The position numbers and the translations under genes were made by a program. Below the pieces are notes generated by a model, which was not told the DNA's origin, searched no databases, and was given only the letters and a program-made list of their open reading frames with translations. This document shows positions 36,947-45,923 of a DNA stretch of 64,000 nucleotides, in pieces; the first letter of the stretch is position 1, and the number at the start of each line of letters is the position of its first letter. Source of the stretch: an uncultured Chloroflexia bacterium (GTDB lineage Bacteria > Chloroflexota > Limnocylindria > Limnocylindrales > CSP1-4); assembly GCA_963749705.1 (NCBI GenBank), contig CAVVNQ010000008.1, positions 331,692-395,691 of the forward strand. The letters run 5' to 3'.

Positions 36947-37717
36947 TCAGGCGGGCGTACCGCCGAGCCGGACCGAGACCGCTGCGGCGGTCTCCCGCAC
37001 CTGCTGCACGAGCTCCGGGATGCGCCGCGGCGTGACCCGGAAGGCCGGCCCCCAGACGTCGACGGCGGCGATCACCTGCCCGCGCGCGTCATGCACCGGA
37101 GCCGCCACGGCGTTCAGCGCAGCGTCGAACTCGCCGAATGCGGCCGCATAGCCGCGGCGGCGGACCCGGGCGAGCTCCTCGAGCAGCGGCTCCAGCTGGG
37201 TCAGCGTCCGGTCGGTGAACCGGTCCAGGCCGCCGCGGACGAGCCGGAGCACCTCGCGCTCCGGGAGCGACGCAAGGAGGACCTTGCCCCCGGCGACCGA
37301 ATGGAGCGGCACGCAGCGTCCGGTCCAGTCCCCCATCGCCACCAGGTTGGGACCGTCGGCCTGGGCGACCGTCAGCATCTGGTCGCCGTCGAGGACGCCG
37401 AGCCCGGTGGTCTCGCGCGTGGCGCGCGCGAGACGGTCCAGCTCGGGCATCGCGATCGAGCGCAGATCGAGCGTCCGCTCCGCCCGCTCGGCGAGCCGGA
37501 TGACCACGAGCCCCAGGCGGTACTTGCCCGTCTCCTCGTCCTGCTCCACCAGCCCCCGCTTCTCGAGCGTCGCCAGCAGGCGCGACGCGGTGGACTTGTG
37601 AAGCCCGAGCCGCCGCGCGAGCTCGGTCACGCCCGCCTCGCCATGGCTGTCCCCGAGCGCGAGCAGCAGGGCTGCCGCCCGGTCAACCGACCGGACCGCA
37701 TTTCCGTCGAGCGTCAT
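36947..37717 (-). CDS. IclR family transcriptional regulator
   Basis: VRSVDRA..LL, LGLHKSTASRLL HTH, PLHSVAGGK, VAAPV. Confidence 0.93.
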   Translation of the reverse strand: MTLDGNAVRSVDRAAALLLALGDSHGEAGVTELARRLGLHKSTASRLLATLEKRGLVEQDEETGKYRLGLVVIRLAERAERTLDLRSIAMPELDRLARATRETTGLGVLDGDQMLTVAQADGPNLVAMGDWTGRCVPLHSVAGGKVLLASLPEREVLRLVRGGLDRFTDRTLTQLEPLLEELARVRRRGYAAAFGEFDAALNAVAAPVHDARGQVIAAVDVWGPAFRVTPRRIPELVQQVRETAAAVSVRLGGTPA

Positions 37718-37743
37718 TCCCGGCCGTCCCTTCTCACCGGCCC

Positions 37744-39150
37744 TCAGCCGGCCGGCTTCGCGCTGCCGCCGTACGCGGCCTCTTGCTCGTGCGGCAGGGG
37801 CTGGCCCTTGGCCCGGAGGTCGAGCGCCGCCCGCAGCGAGTCCTCGAAGATCGTGACCACCCGGTCCACGGTGTCGCCCTGCGCATGTGCCTCGCACACG
37901 AACCAGGGCTCGCGGCTGTCCGGCTCGGGCATCGCGCCGCGCGCGTGCATGTCCATCGCGATGGCGTCGTACAGCTCGTGGTCGGTAGTGGCCCAGTCGC
38001 GATATTCGGTCGCGACCTTGTCCGTGAACATGATCCCGAACATCGACGGGTGGCCGGTCAGCTGGTACGGCAGGCCCGTCGGGTTCAGCACCTCGCGCAG
38101 GCCGTCCTGGATCCGTCGCCCGGTGAGGTGGATCGTGTCCAGCGCGTCGGTGTCGCGCAGGATCTCGAGGGTCCTGACCGCCGCCGCCGCCGCGACCCGG
38201 TTGCCCGCGTAGGTGCCCCCGTGGCTGACCTTGTCCGGGAGCATGGCCATGACCTCCTCGCGACCGCCGAACGCCGCCGCCGGATAGCCATTGCCCATCG
38301 CCTTCGCGTACGTGGCGAGGTCGGGGGTGATCCCGAAGTACTCGGCGGCACCGCCCTTGGCGAACCGGAACCCCGTCTTGACCTCGTCGAAGATCAGCAG
38401 GATGCCGAACTCCTCGGTCAGCGCCCGCATCGCCTTGTGGAAGCCCGGCTGGGGCATGATCCCCTGCGCGTTGCCCAGGACCGGCTCGACGATGATCGCC
38501 GCGATGTCGTCGTCACGCTCGAACAGCCGGCGCAGGAACTCGATGTTGTTGTAGCGGGCGGGCACGATGGTGTCCGCGACCGCGGCGGGAATGCCGCGGC
38601 CCCAGGCCAGGCCGACCGGATTGTCGGCATCGCCCAGCTCGGCCATGTCGTTGGGCGCCACGCTGATCAGCGCGTAGTCGTGGACGCCGTGGTACTGGCC
38701 CTCGAACTTCACGATCTTGTTGCGGCCGGTGTAGGCACGGGCGACACGCATCGCGTGCATCGTCGCCTCGGTGCCGGACACGGTCATCCGCGCCTTGTCG
38801 ACCCAGCCGGTGAGCTCCTTGACCAGCTCCATCGCCCGGATCTCGTCCTCGCTGGTCAACGAGAAGCTGACGCCCTTCCGCATCCGCTCGTTGACGTAGT
38901 CATCGACCCGGTCGTCGCCATGACCGAGGATCACGGGGCCGTAGCCCATCCGCAGGTCGATGTACGCATTGCCGTCGAGGTCCCAGACCTGGCCGCCCTT
39001 GCCCCGGTCGACATAGATCGTGTCGTCGCCCCACGCGCGGAAGTTGGAGTTCGCGCCACCCGGCATCGCGTTGCTGGCGCGGCGGTAGCTGTCCCGCTGC
39101 ACGTCACGCTTGAGCTTCGGGGCGGTTCGGCCGACACGTTCGGTGGTCAT
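37744..39150 (-). CDS. Class III PLP aminotransferase (GSA-aminomutase-like)
   Basis: MPGGANSNFR, SGTEATM, FEGQYHG, FDEVKTGFR, YAKAMGNG, HGGTY. Confidence 0.9.
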   Translation of the reverse strand: MTTERVGRTAPKLKRDVQRDSYRRASNAMPGGANSNFRAWGDDTIYVDRGKGGQVWDLDGNAYIDLRMGYGPVILGHGDDRVDDYVNERMRKGVSFSLTSEDEIRAMELVKELTGWVDKARMTVSGTEATMHAMRVARAYTGRNKIVKFEGQYHGVHDYALISVAPNDMAELGDADNPVGLAWGRGIPAAVADTIVPARYNNIEFLRRLFERDDDIAAIIVEPVLGNAQGIMPQPGFHKAMRALTEEFGILLIFDEVKTGFRFAKGGAAEYFGITPDLATYAKAMGNGYPAAAFGGREEVMAMLPDKVSHGGTYAGNRVAAAAAVRTLEILRDTDALDTIHLTGRRIQDGLREVLNPTGLPYQLTGHPSMFGIMFTDKVATEYRDWATTDHELYDAIAMDMHARGAMPEPDSREPWFVCEAHAQGDTVDRVVTIFEDSLRAALDLRAKGQPLPHEQEAAYGGSAKPAG

Positions 39151-39251
39151 GTTCACTCCATGTTGCGTCCCGCCTGTGGAGGCGATCGCCGCCGGCAGCC
39201 CACGGGCGGGGGTCCGCGGCGAGCGCCGGATGATGCACATCCCGGGACACT

Positions 39252-39270
39252 CGTTGCGGACAGTGGAACG
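39252..39270. promoter_or_regulatory. Imperfect palindrome in a divergent promoter region (candidate IclR operator)
   Basis: CGTTGC-N7-GGAACG. Confidence 0.35.
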
Positions 39271-39396
39271 GATGATCGGATCCTGCCACAGCCTCATCCG
39301 GCGCGTCAACGCGAATCTCGCAACACATCCGCCATCTGCACACGAATACCGCACGTCGGATCGCCATCTGGTCGGCAATCCGCGTACATTGAGGGC

Positions 39397-40815
39397 ATGT
39401 TTGATATCGCGGCCGGTGCACCGGCTCAGCCGGATTCGCGGCCCGCGGGCGGGAGCTACTGGTACACGACCGGAGATCCGGGCCCGGTCCGCCCGGCCGT
39501 GCAGGGCAGCCTGACCGCGGATGTCGCGATCGTCGGCGCCGGCTTCACCGGCCTGTGGACGGCGATCCGGCTGCTCGACACGGAGCCCTCGCTGCGCGTG
39601 GTCGTGCTCGAGTCGGACCGGGTCGGCTGGGGGGCGAGCGGTCGGAACGGCGGGTTCTGCGCCGCCTCCCTGACGCACGGGCTTGCGAATGCGCTGCGCC
39701 ACTACCCGGACGAGGTCGACGTCCTCGAGCGCGAGGGCGTCGAGAACCTCGCCGCGCTCGTTGCGTTCGTGGAGTCCGAGGGCATCGACTGCGAGCTCGA
39801 GGCGACGGGCACGCTCGACGTCGCCGTCGCGCCGCACCAGGTCGACGACCTCCGGGAGCACGTGGAGCTGGCCGCCCGCCACGGCCTCGATCTGGAGCTG
39901 CTCGACCGGGAGGCGATCCAGGCGGCCGTCCACTCACCGACCTGGCTGGCGGGCGTACGCGCGGGACCGGACCGGAACGTGGTCCTCAACCCGTCCCGGC
40001 TGGCGTGGGGCCTGGCCGAGGCCGCGGAGCGGCGCGGCGCGGTATTGGCGGAGCACAGCCGCGTCGTCTCGCTGCGCCGGCACGCACGGGGAGTCCGGGT
40101 GGACATCGACGGCGGCGGGATCGTCGATGCCGCGCAGGTGGTCGTGGCGACATCCGCCTACAGCGGGTGGCTGCGCCGGCTGGTGCCGCTGTTCGTGCCC
40201 GTGTACGACTACGTCCTGGTGACCGAGCCGCTGTCACCCGGCCAGCAGGCGTCCATCGGCTGGCGCGGCCGTGAGGGGATGTCGGACGCGGGCAACCAGT
40301 TCCACTACTTCCGCCAGACCGCCGACAACCGGATCCTGTGGGGCGGCTACGACGCGATCTACTACCCCGGCAACCGTGTCGTCCCCGCCCAGGATCGGCG
40401 TGCCGCCACGTTCGATGCGCTGGCCGCGCATTTCGTCCACGCGTTCCCGCAGTTGGACGGGATCCGGTTCGAGCACCGCTGGGGCGGCGCGATCGACACG
40501 ACCACCCGGTTCACGGTGACGTTCGGCGACCTGCTCGGCGGGCGCGTCCACTACGCGCTCGGCTATACGGGGCTGGGCGTCGGCGCCGCCCGCTGGTCGG
40601 CCGGGATCGTCCGGGACCGCCTGCTGCGGCCCGACTCGCCGCTGCTCAAGTTGCGGTTCGTCAACTCGCCCCCGTTCCCCATCCCACCGGAGCCGGTCCG
40701 GACGCCGGCCGTCGAGCTGGTCCGGCGCGAGGTGATCCGGGCGGACGCCTCGGCGGGCCGTCGCAGCCTGGTCCTGCGCACCCTCGACGCGCTCGGGATC
40801 GGCTTCGACAGCTAG
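39397..40815 (+). CDS. FAD-dependent amine oxidoreductase (PuuB/OrdL-like)
   Basis: SYW, VGAGFTGLW, GASGRNGG, GYTGLGVG; TACATT lies 6 nt before ATG 39397. Confidence 0.9.
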   Translation: MFDIAAGAPAQPDSRPAGGSYWYTTGDPGPVRPAVQGSLTADVAIVGAGFTGLWTAIRLLDTEPSLRVVVLESDRVGWGASGRNGGFCAASLTHGLANALRHYPDEVDVLEREGVENLAALVAFVESEGIDCELEATGTLDVAVAPHQVDDLREHVELAARHGLDLELLDREAIQAAVHSPTWLAGVRAGPDRNVVLNPSRLAWGLAEAAERRGAVLAEHSRVVSLRRHARGVRVDIDGGGIVDAAQVVVATSAYSGWLRRLVPLFVPVYDYVLVTEPLSPGQQASIGWRGREGMSDAGNQFHYFRQTADNRILWGGYDAIYYPGNRVVPAQDRRAATFDALAAHFVHAFPQLDGIRFEHRWGGAIDTTTRFTVTFGDLLGGRVHYALGYTGLGVGAARWSAGIVRDRLLRPDSPLLKLRFVNSPPFPIPPEPVRTPAVELVRREVIRADASAGRRSLVLRTLDALGIGFDS

Positions 40816-40840
40816 CCAGGTTGGGGGCGGGATCGGTGGG

Positions 40841-43543
40841 TCAGCCGCCGAACAGCGCCAGCTGATCGCCCGTCCGCTCGACCGCGGGATCGAGCCCCAG
40901 CAGCGGCTCCAGGTCCGCGAGCGTGGCGTCGTCGCGGGCTGCCCACTCCTGCAGGTGGTTCGCCTTGAGCAGGTGCCAGGCACCCGCCTCGAGCTCGCTG
41001 CGGAGCAGCGGCGAGCGCTCCAGCTTGTGACGCACCAGCTCGGCGCGCTCCGGCAGCACCACCAGGAAGCGCACCAGCCGGCCGTCGGCCGGGATCCGGC
41101 CATGACGGCGCAGGACCGTCTCGCTGAGCATCGCGGTCCACTCGACCTCCCACAGGAAGGCCGCCCGTCCGCGGACGTACCAGATGACGTCCACCTCCTC
41201 GAGGTCCTCCGCGCGGATCCGGCCGAGGTACGGCGGGCCCGCCAGCTCGCGATCGTCGAGCAGGTCGGACAGGGACATTCCCTCGATGCGCCGCGATTGC
41301 TGGCGACCGCCGATCCAGCACGAGAAGCCGATCCGATGGCCGAGGTCGACCAGGCGGGCGATCTGCTGCCCGTGCTCCTGGCTGCGGCGGACGAGGTCGT
41401 CGGTCGTGAACAGTCGGTCGGGAGTGCTCGCGATCGTGCGGTAGCTGTCGAGGCACGCGCGCACGAGCGCCTCGTCGGGAAGGTCCGGTCCGGTGAACAT
41501 GCCGGCGATCCGCTCCTGGAAGGCGACCTCCGACATCGGTCCCGAGGTCGACAGCAGGCTGTACACCGCCCACTCCACGCGGTCCGCGAGCGGGACCGCC
41601 GCACTCTCGCGGTCGGAGCGGTCCGCCAGCCACCAGCGATCGCCGTCGAGCCGGACCAGCCGTCGCTCGCCGTCGCCTTCGAGCGCGTCGCGGACCAGGT
41701 CGAGCAGCCGGTCCACGTGGTCGGCTGCCGGCTCGAACAGGCCCTCGGCCGGGCGCCCGGCGTCATCGGGTGTCGCCGCATCGCCCGTAGCGTCGGGTTC
41801 GGATGGAGCGGGCGGACGGACGAGGCGACGGAGATGCCCGGCGCGATCCAGGCCGACCAGGATCTCTCCCAGCAGGCCGTCCAGGTGAACGGCTTCGCCG
41901 CGCAGCTTCAGCACGTCGACGGCCGCGTCGACCACCGCGCTCGCCGCATCGGCGGGCGAGAACGGGGCGTTGACGACCCGCTCCGCGGGCGCGAACAGCC
42001 GCTCCGCCGGTATCAGGTCGGGATCGCCCGCGCCTCCGGGCACGGGCGGCAGGGCGACGTTGGCCCGGGTCCGCGGGCCGCCCGGCACCGCACCCGAGCC
42101 CGGCGGGACGAGCTCGACCACCCCGCCCTCCTGGCGTCCCGCCTCGGGCAGCCGGGCACCCGCCAGGCGATACCCGGCACCGACACCGCCGAGCACGGTC
42201 GCCACCAGTCCCTGGGCGTCGTCACCCTCGAGCAGGAGCACGACCCGTGCATCCCGGTCAAGGACCGGGTCGATGGCGCGCAGCGACCGCGTGAGCGCCG
42301 CAGCCTGCCAGCCCCAGGCGGGTCGCACGGTCGGCCCGAACAGCGGCTCGAGCGGAAGCAGCGTGGCCGCCTCACGGCCGAGCGCCCACGCGGTCGCGTG
42401 GTAGGACCATGCGAGGCGCTCCGGCGAGGGTCGGGGCGGCGGCGTCCCGAGGACCATCCGCACGCGGGGCCGGACGGCCAGGCCGGCCAGGTGCTCGGCC
42501 TCGAGCTGGAGGGCGCTGAACGCCGCAGGGCTGGCAAGCTTGACGACCGCGGTCGCCGATCCCTCGACCAGCGCGCGGAGGTCATCGCCGAGCCGCGCCG
42601 GAACGGGACCCCAGGCCCCGCTCTCGAGTCGCTGCACGAACCCGCGCACGACCCGGACGCCGTCCTCGAACGATAGCCATGGGTTGCGCTCCCGCCAGTG
42701 CGCGCCGCCGGGCAGCCGGACATGTCCCCCGGCGATGCGCAGCGGTGCGATCCGACCGGGCGAGGTTGCCAGCCGGCTCGCCGGGGCGAGCGCGTGGAGG
42801 AAGGCGAGCCGGAGTGCTGCCGCGATCGGCGGGGCACGGAGATCGTCCTCGACCCGCTCCAGGATGGCGGCCAGCGCGGCCAGCTGCCGCGGGGTATGCA
42901 GGTCGAGCAGCTCGTCCGCCAGCGTCTCGCCGCCCTCGAGCACGGGGAACCGGTCGCGGAGGCGCGCCCGGACATCGGCATCCTCGGGTTCCGCGACGCT
43001 GCGCGCCACGTCCTGCGCATCGACCGGCGCCTGGCGCAGCTCGGCGCCACCGAGCTGGTCGCGACAGACCCGGCAGTGGTAGTGCTTGCGCTCCGGCTGC
43101 GGTCCCGCGGGTCGGCCATCCTCGTCGACGCGCTCGACGGCCCAGGTGACCTCGTCCAGGATCACCGGGCGGTCGCAGGTCGCGCAGTGGCTCGCGAATC
43201 GATCGCCGATCGACGCCTTGAGGCTCGAATCGCGACGGGCCGAGGCCGCGAGGGCCTGGACCGCCGCATCGAGGTGGCGCAGGTCCGGTGGCCTGAGCAC
43301 GATCTCCGCCAGCAGGCGATCGAGCGGGGTCGTCTCGAGGCTCACCGCCTTGCGCTGGCGGTCGATGGCAGCCCGGGCAATCCAGCCGCCGCGCCCGAAC
43401 ATGTCCAGCACGATGTCGCCCGGGCCCGAGCCGGCGTCGAGACGCGCCGCGACCAGCGTGGGAGGTGGCGGTGGCGCGAACCGCTCGAACGCCGGGAGAC
43501 TGAACCCCGGCTCGGCACGCAGGAGCATCGCTCGGCCGACCAT
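40841..43543 (-). CDS. Large degenerate DNA methyltransferase-like protein with Zn ribbon and C-terminal nuclease-like domain
   Basis: GDIVLDMFGRGG (motif I-like), CATC..CRVC, VLGTPPP (motif IV-like), EVDVIWY...WEVEWT; GACAAT lies 7 nt before the ATG. Confidence 0.7.
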   Translation of the reverse strand: MVGRAMLLRAEPGFSLPAFERFAPPPPPTLVAARLDAGSGPGDIVLDMFGRGGWIARAAIDRQRKAVSLETTPLDRLLAEIVLRPPDLRHLDAAVQALAASARRDSSLKASIGDRFASHCATCDRPVILDEVTWAVERVDEDGRPAGPQPERKHYHCRVCRDQLGGAELRQAPVDAQDVARSVAEPEDADVRARLRDRFPVLEGGETLADELLDLHTPRQLAALAAILERVEDDLRAPPIAAALRLAFLHALAPASRLATSPGRIAPLRIAGGHVRLPGGAHWRERNPWLSFEDGVRVVRGFVQRLESGAWGPVPARLGDDLRALVEGSATAVVKLASPAAFSALQLEAEHLAGLAVRPRVRMVLGTPPPRPSPERLAWSYHATAWALGREAATLLPLEPLFGPTVRPAWGWQAAALTRSLRAIDPVLDRDARVVLLLEGDDAQGLVATVLGGVGAGYRLAGARLPEAGRQEGGVVELVPPGSGAVPGGPRTRANVALPPVPGGAGDPDLIPAERLFAPAERVVNAPFSPADAASAVVDAAVDVLKLRGEAVHLDGLLGEILVGLDRAGHLRRLVRPPAPSEPDATGDAATPDDAGRPAEGLFEPAADHVDRLLDLVRDALEGDGERRLVRLDGDRWWLADRSDRESAAVPLADRVEWAVYSLLSTSGPMSEVAFQERIAGMFTGPDLPDEALVRACLDSYRTIASTPDRLFTTDDLVRRSQEHGQQIARLVDLGHRIGFSCWIGGRQQSRRIEGMSLSDLLDDRELAGPPYLGRIRAEDLEEVDVIWYVRGRAAFLWEVEWTAMLSETVLRRHGRIPADGRLVRFLVVLPERAELVRHKLERSPLLRSELEAGAWHLLKANHLQEWAARDDATLADLEPLLGLDPAVERTGDQLALFGG

Positions 43544-43602
43544 CCGCCCGATTGTCGCAGAGGTGTCGCGATGGCGGAAGGGCGGTGCCGCCGAGGTGTC
43601 GT

Positions 43603-43720
43603 GCGTGCCGCCGGCTCAGCGTCCGGCGCGGCCACTCCCCGGGGTTCGGCGCGGCCGTGCCCGGATCACGTCGCCGCCCGGGGTCCGGCGCGTGCCGCCG
43701 GCTCAGCGTCCGGCGCGGCC
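43603..43720. repeat. Two exact 31-bp direct repeats
   Basis: GCGTGCCGCCGGCTCAGCGTCCGGCGCGGCC at 43603 and 43690. Confidence 0.9.
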
Positions 43721-43742
43721 GCCAACGGGACCACGCCGCAGC

Positions 43743-43926
43743 CCGACCAGGCCAGGTCCGTGTCAATGAGTATCCAGGCGGCTGTTCGACCGCTCGGTAG
43801 GCCCTTCCTGGCGTCAGTTCGGGTCAGCCAGCCGCCTCAGGCCCAGGTGTCCCAAGTTCGAGCCATGCGCGTGCGCCGGCCATGACGTACAGGCGCGTGG
43901 ATCCTCGATGACACAAACCGGGTCAG
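43743..43926 (-). ncRNA. ssrS: Probable 6S RNA-like rod-shaped RNA
   Basis: About 185 nt; long irregular closing helix GGUUUGUGUCA/UGACACGGACC, GAG/CUC, AUCCA/UGGAU with G-U pairs on the minus strand; less-paired centre. Family assignment not tested. Confidence 0.55.
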
Positions 43927-43928
43927 CG

Positions 43929-44021
43929 GAGAACGGGGTCGGGTGAGAACGGGGTCGGGTGAGAACGGGGTCGGGTGAGAACGGGGCGCCAGAACGGGGT
44001 CGCGCCAGAACGGGATCGGGT
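43929..44021. repeat. 16-bp tandem repeat (3 perfect and 3 degenerate copies)
   Basis: GAGAACGGGGTCGGGT three times from 43929, then AGAACGGG-led variants. Confidence 0.95.
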
Positions 44022-44104
44022 CCCGGGTGGGCGTGAGCGTCGAGCGGGCGGGCAGGGCCCCATGCCGAGCGGGCCGGCCCGGCCGCATGCCGAGCGCTCG
44101 CCGG

Positions 44105-44962
44105 CTAGGACTCGTCGAGGTCGTCCGCCTCTTCCTCGAACGCTTCGTCGGTCGTCTCCTCGGGCGGCAGCACGCGGTCGAGGTTCTCGATCTCCTCGTC
44201 CTCGATGTCGTCCTCGAGATCGTCCTCGAGCTCCTCCTCCTCGCGAACCAGCGTGCCCTTGGTGTATGGCCGCAGGTCCGTCGACTTGGCGGCGGTCGGG
44301 AAGCTCACCTTGCCGTAGTTGCGGGGATCCTGGAACACCTCGCGGATGATCAGCCGAACATCGCGGTCGCCCAGCGAGGTCACGCCGGCGAGGTACTTGT
44401 TGCCGTCCGCCATGAGCTTGAGCAGGCGCGCCGCGACGCGCGGCTCGACGACCCCGATCCGGATGCCGTTGCTGATCGCGATCAGCCGGTTGGACTCGGG
44501 GATCAGCTCGACCGCATCGCCCGGGTTGACCTGGGCCAGCTCCGCCGGACGGGCGAGGTTGGTGAGGTGCGCGAACCCGGTCTTGCCCGTCTCCTCGACG
44601 AAGATGCTCACCGGCGCCTTCGATCCCTGGAGGGCCGGGACCGTCTTCTCGCCGGCTTCGACGAGCAGGACCTTGAGGCGGTCGATGTTGCGCTCGGCAA
44701 TCCGGTTGGTCGGATCGAGGGCCAGCGCCTTCTGGTAGTGCTCGCGGGCGGTGCCCAGCTCGCCCAGCTCCCAGAGCGCCTTGGCAAGCCGGTTCTCGGC
44801 CTCGGAATCCGCGCCGAGCTCGAGCAGCCGGCGGTTCGTCTCGGCCGCATCGTCCCAGCGGGCGGCCGACGCGTGCGCGATCGCCTGGTCGGCCAGCTGG
44901 CGCTTGAGACGCATCTGGCCTGCGGGCGTCTGGGCGGCGGCATCGATCTCGGGGAAGGTCAC
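44105..44962 (-). CDS. TPR + HIRAN-like domain protein with acidic tail
   Basis: NRLAKALWELGE..AREHYQKALALDPTN TPR; FVEETGKT; PGDAVEL..IGVVEPRVAARLLKLMADG; D/E tail; GAAAGGA upstream of the GTG. Confidence 0.85.
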   Translation of the reverse strand: MTFPEIDAAAQTPAGQMRLKRQLADQAIAHASAARWDDAAETNRRLLELGADSEAENRLAKALWELGELGTAREHYQKALALDPTNRIAERNIDRLKVLLVEAGEKTVPALQGSKAPVSIFVEETGKTGFAHLTNLARPAELAQVNPGDAVELIPESNRLIAISNGIRIGVVEPRVAARLLKLMADGNKYLAGVTSLGDRDVRLIIREVFQDPRNYGKVSFPTAAKSTDLRPYTKGTLVREEEELEDDLEDDIEDEEIENLDRVLPPEETTDEAFEEEADDLDES

Positions 44963-45076
44963 GGAGTGGTCGTCCTTTCGGTCCTTCGGACCGCGGGAGG
45001 CATGCGACGCATCGACAGACGCGTCGAAATCGGCATCACCGCGGGCACGTGTTTCTAGCACCCGCCGGGGATCGCG

Positions 45077-45913
45077 TCAAACGCGCAGCCGGAGGTTCCA
45101 GGCGATCACCACCGCGGCGAGGGCAAACAGCAGGACCGTCTCCCACAGGAACCGCGGGTCGCGCCGCCTCGCCGGGGCCGTGCCGTGGAGCGCGTCCCAC
45201 AGGTAGAACACCAGGGTCAGCACCGCCGGTCCGACCAGGCTCGAGAGGTTGACGGCGCGCGTGGCGCCGGCGGCGACCGCGATCACGATCGCGTAGGTCA
45301 GGGCCGACCGTGCGGCATCGCGGGTCGTGCCGTAGCGGAACGTGGCGACCCGGTATCCCAGCAGCAGCGCCAGCAGCGCGTCGTCGAGCGCCAGGACCGC
45401 GAGCCAGCCCAGCGACAGGGCGTGGCCGGTCCCGACCGCAGGTCCCGCCCCGCCCACCTCGACCAGGCCGCCGGGAACGAGCGCCGCGATGCCGGTGAAC
45501 GCGAGGAATGCCGTGACCACGGCCGCCAGCAGAACCCGCGACCGGTCCGCCTCGGTGACGCCGCCCGTCTGGCCGATCAGCCTCATCTCGAGCGCGACCA
45601 CCCGGTCCAGCAGGACCGCGAAGGCCGCCAGCGACGGCACCAGGCCCAGCCCGGCCGGCACCAGCTGGATCGCCGCCGCCGCCCCGCCCGTCAGCACGGC
45701 CGGGATCAGCAGGCCGTCGAACCCGCCTGACTGGCTCCGATCGCGGCGCAGCACGCCTGCCCCGGCAAGGAGCATCGCCAGTGGCAGCAGCCCGGCCATG
45801 AGGAACGCATCCCCACGGTCAACCAGGCGCGCCATCGCGACCAGCACGACCGCCACGAGCACGAGCTCGCGTCGCGCCAGGACCAGCGACTCGTCGGGGA
45901 GGCTGACCGTCAT
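45077..45913 (-). CDS. Polytopic membrane protein, function unknown
   Basis: Around nine hydrophobic segments; TAGGAT lies 7 nt before the ATG. Confidence 0.8.
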   Translation of the reverse strand: MTVSLPDESLVLARRELVLVAVVLVAMARLVDRGDAFLMAGLLPLAMLLAGAGVLRRDRSQSGGFDGLLIPAVLTGGAAAAIQLVPAGLGLVPSLAAFAVLLDRVVALEMRLIGQTGGVTEADRSRVLLAAVVTAFLAFTGIAALVPGGLVEVGGAGPAVGTGHALSLGWLAVLALDDALLALLLGYRVATFRYGTTRDAARSALTYAIVIAVAAGATRAVNLSSLVGPAVLTLVFYLWDALHGTAPARRRDPRFLWETVLLFALAAVVIAWNLRLRV

Positions 45914-45923
45914 CGGGGCGATC

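Noticed and set aside
37744-39150. hemL assignment
   Set aside because: Family similarity only; the context is catabolic and no tetrapyrrole genes are adjacent.
37783-39396. Long N-terminal extensions in the ORF track (1010-aa oxidase, also the 734-aa, 716-aa and 583-aa calls)
   Set aside because: The extensions overlap neighbouring real genes; SD or -10 signals and domain boundaries place the starts downstream.
43929-44021. CRISPR array
   Set aside because: Head-to-tail repeats without unique spacers.
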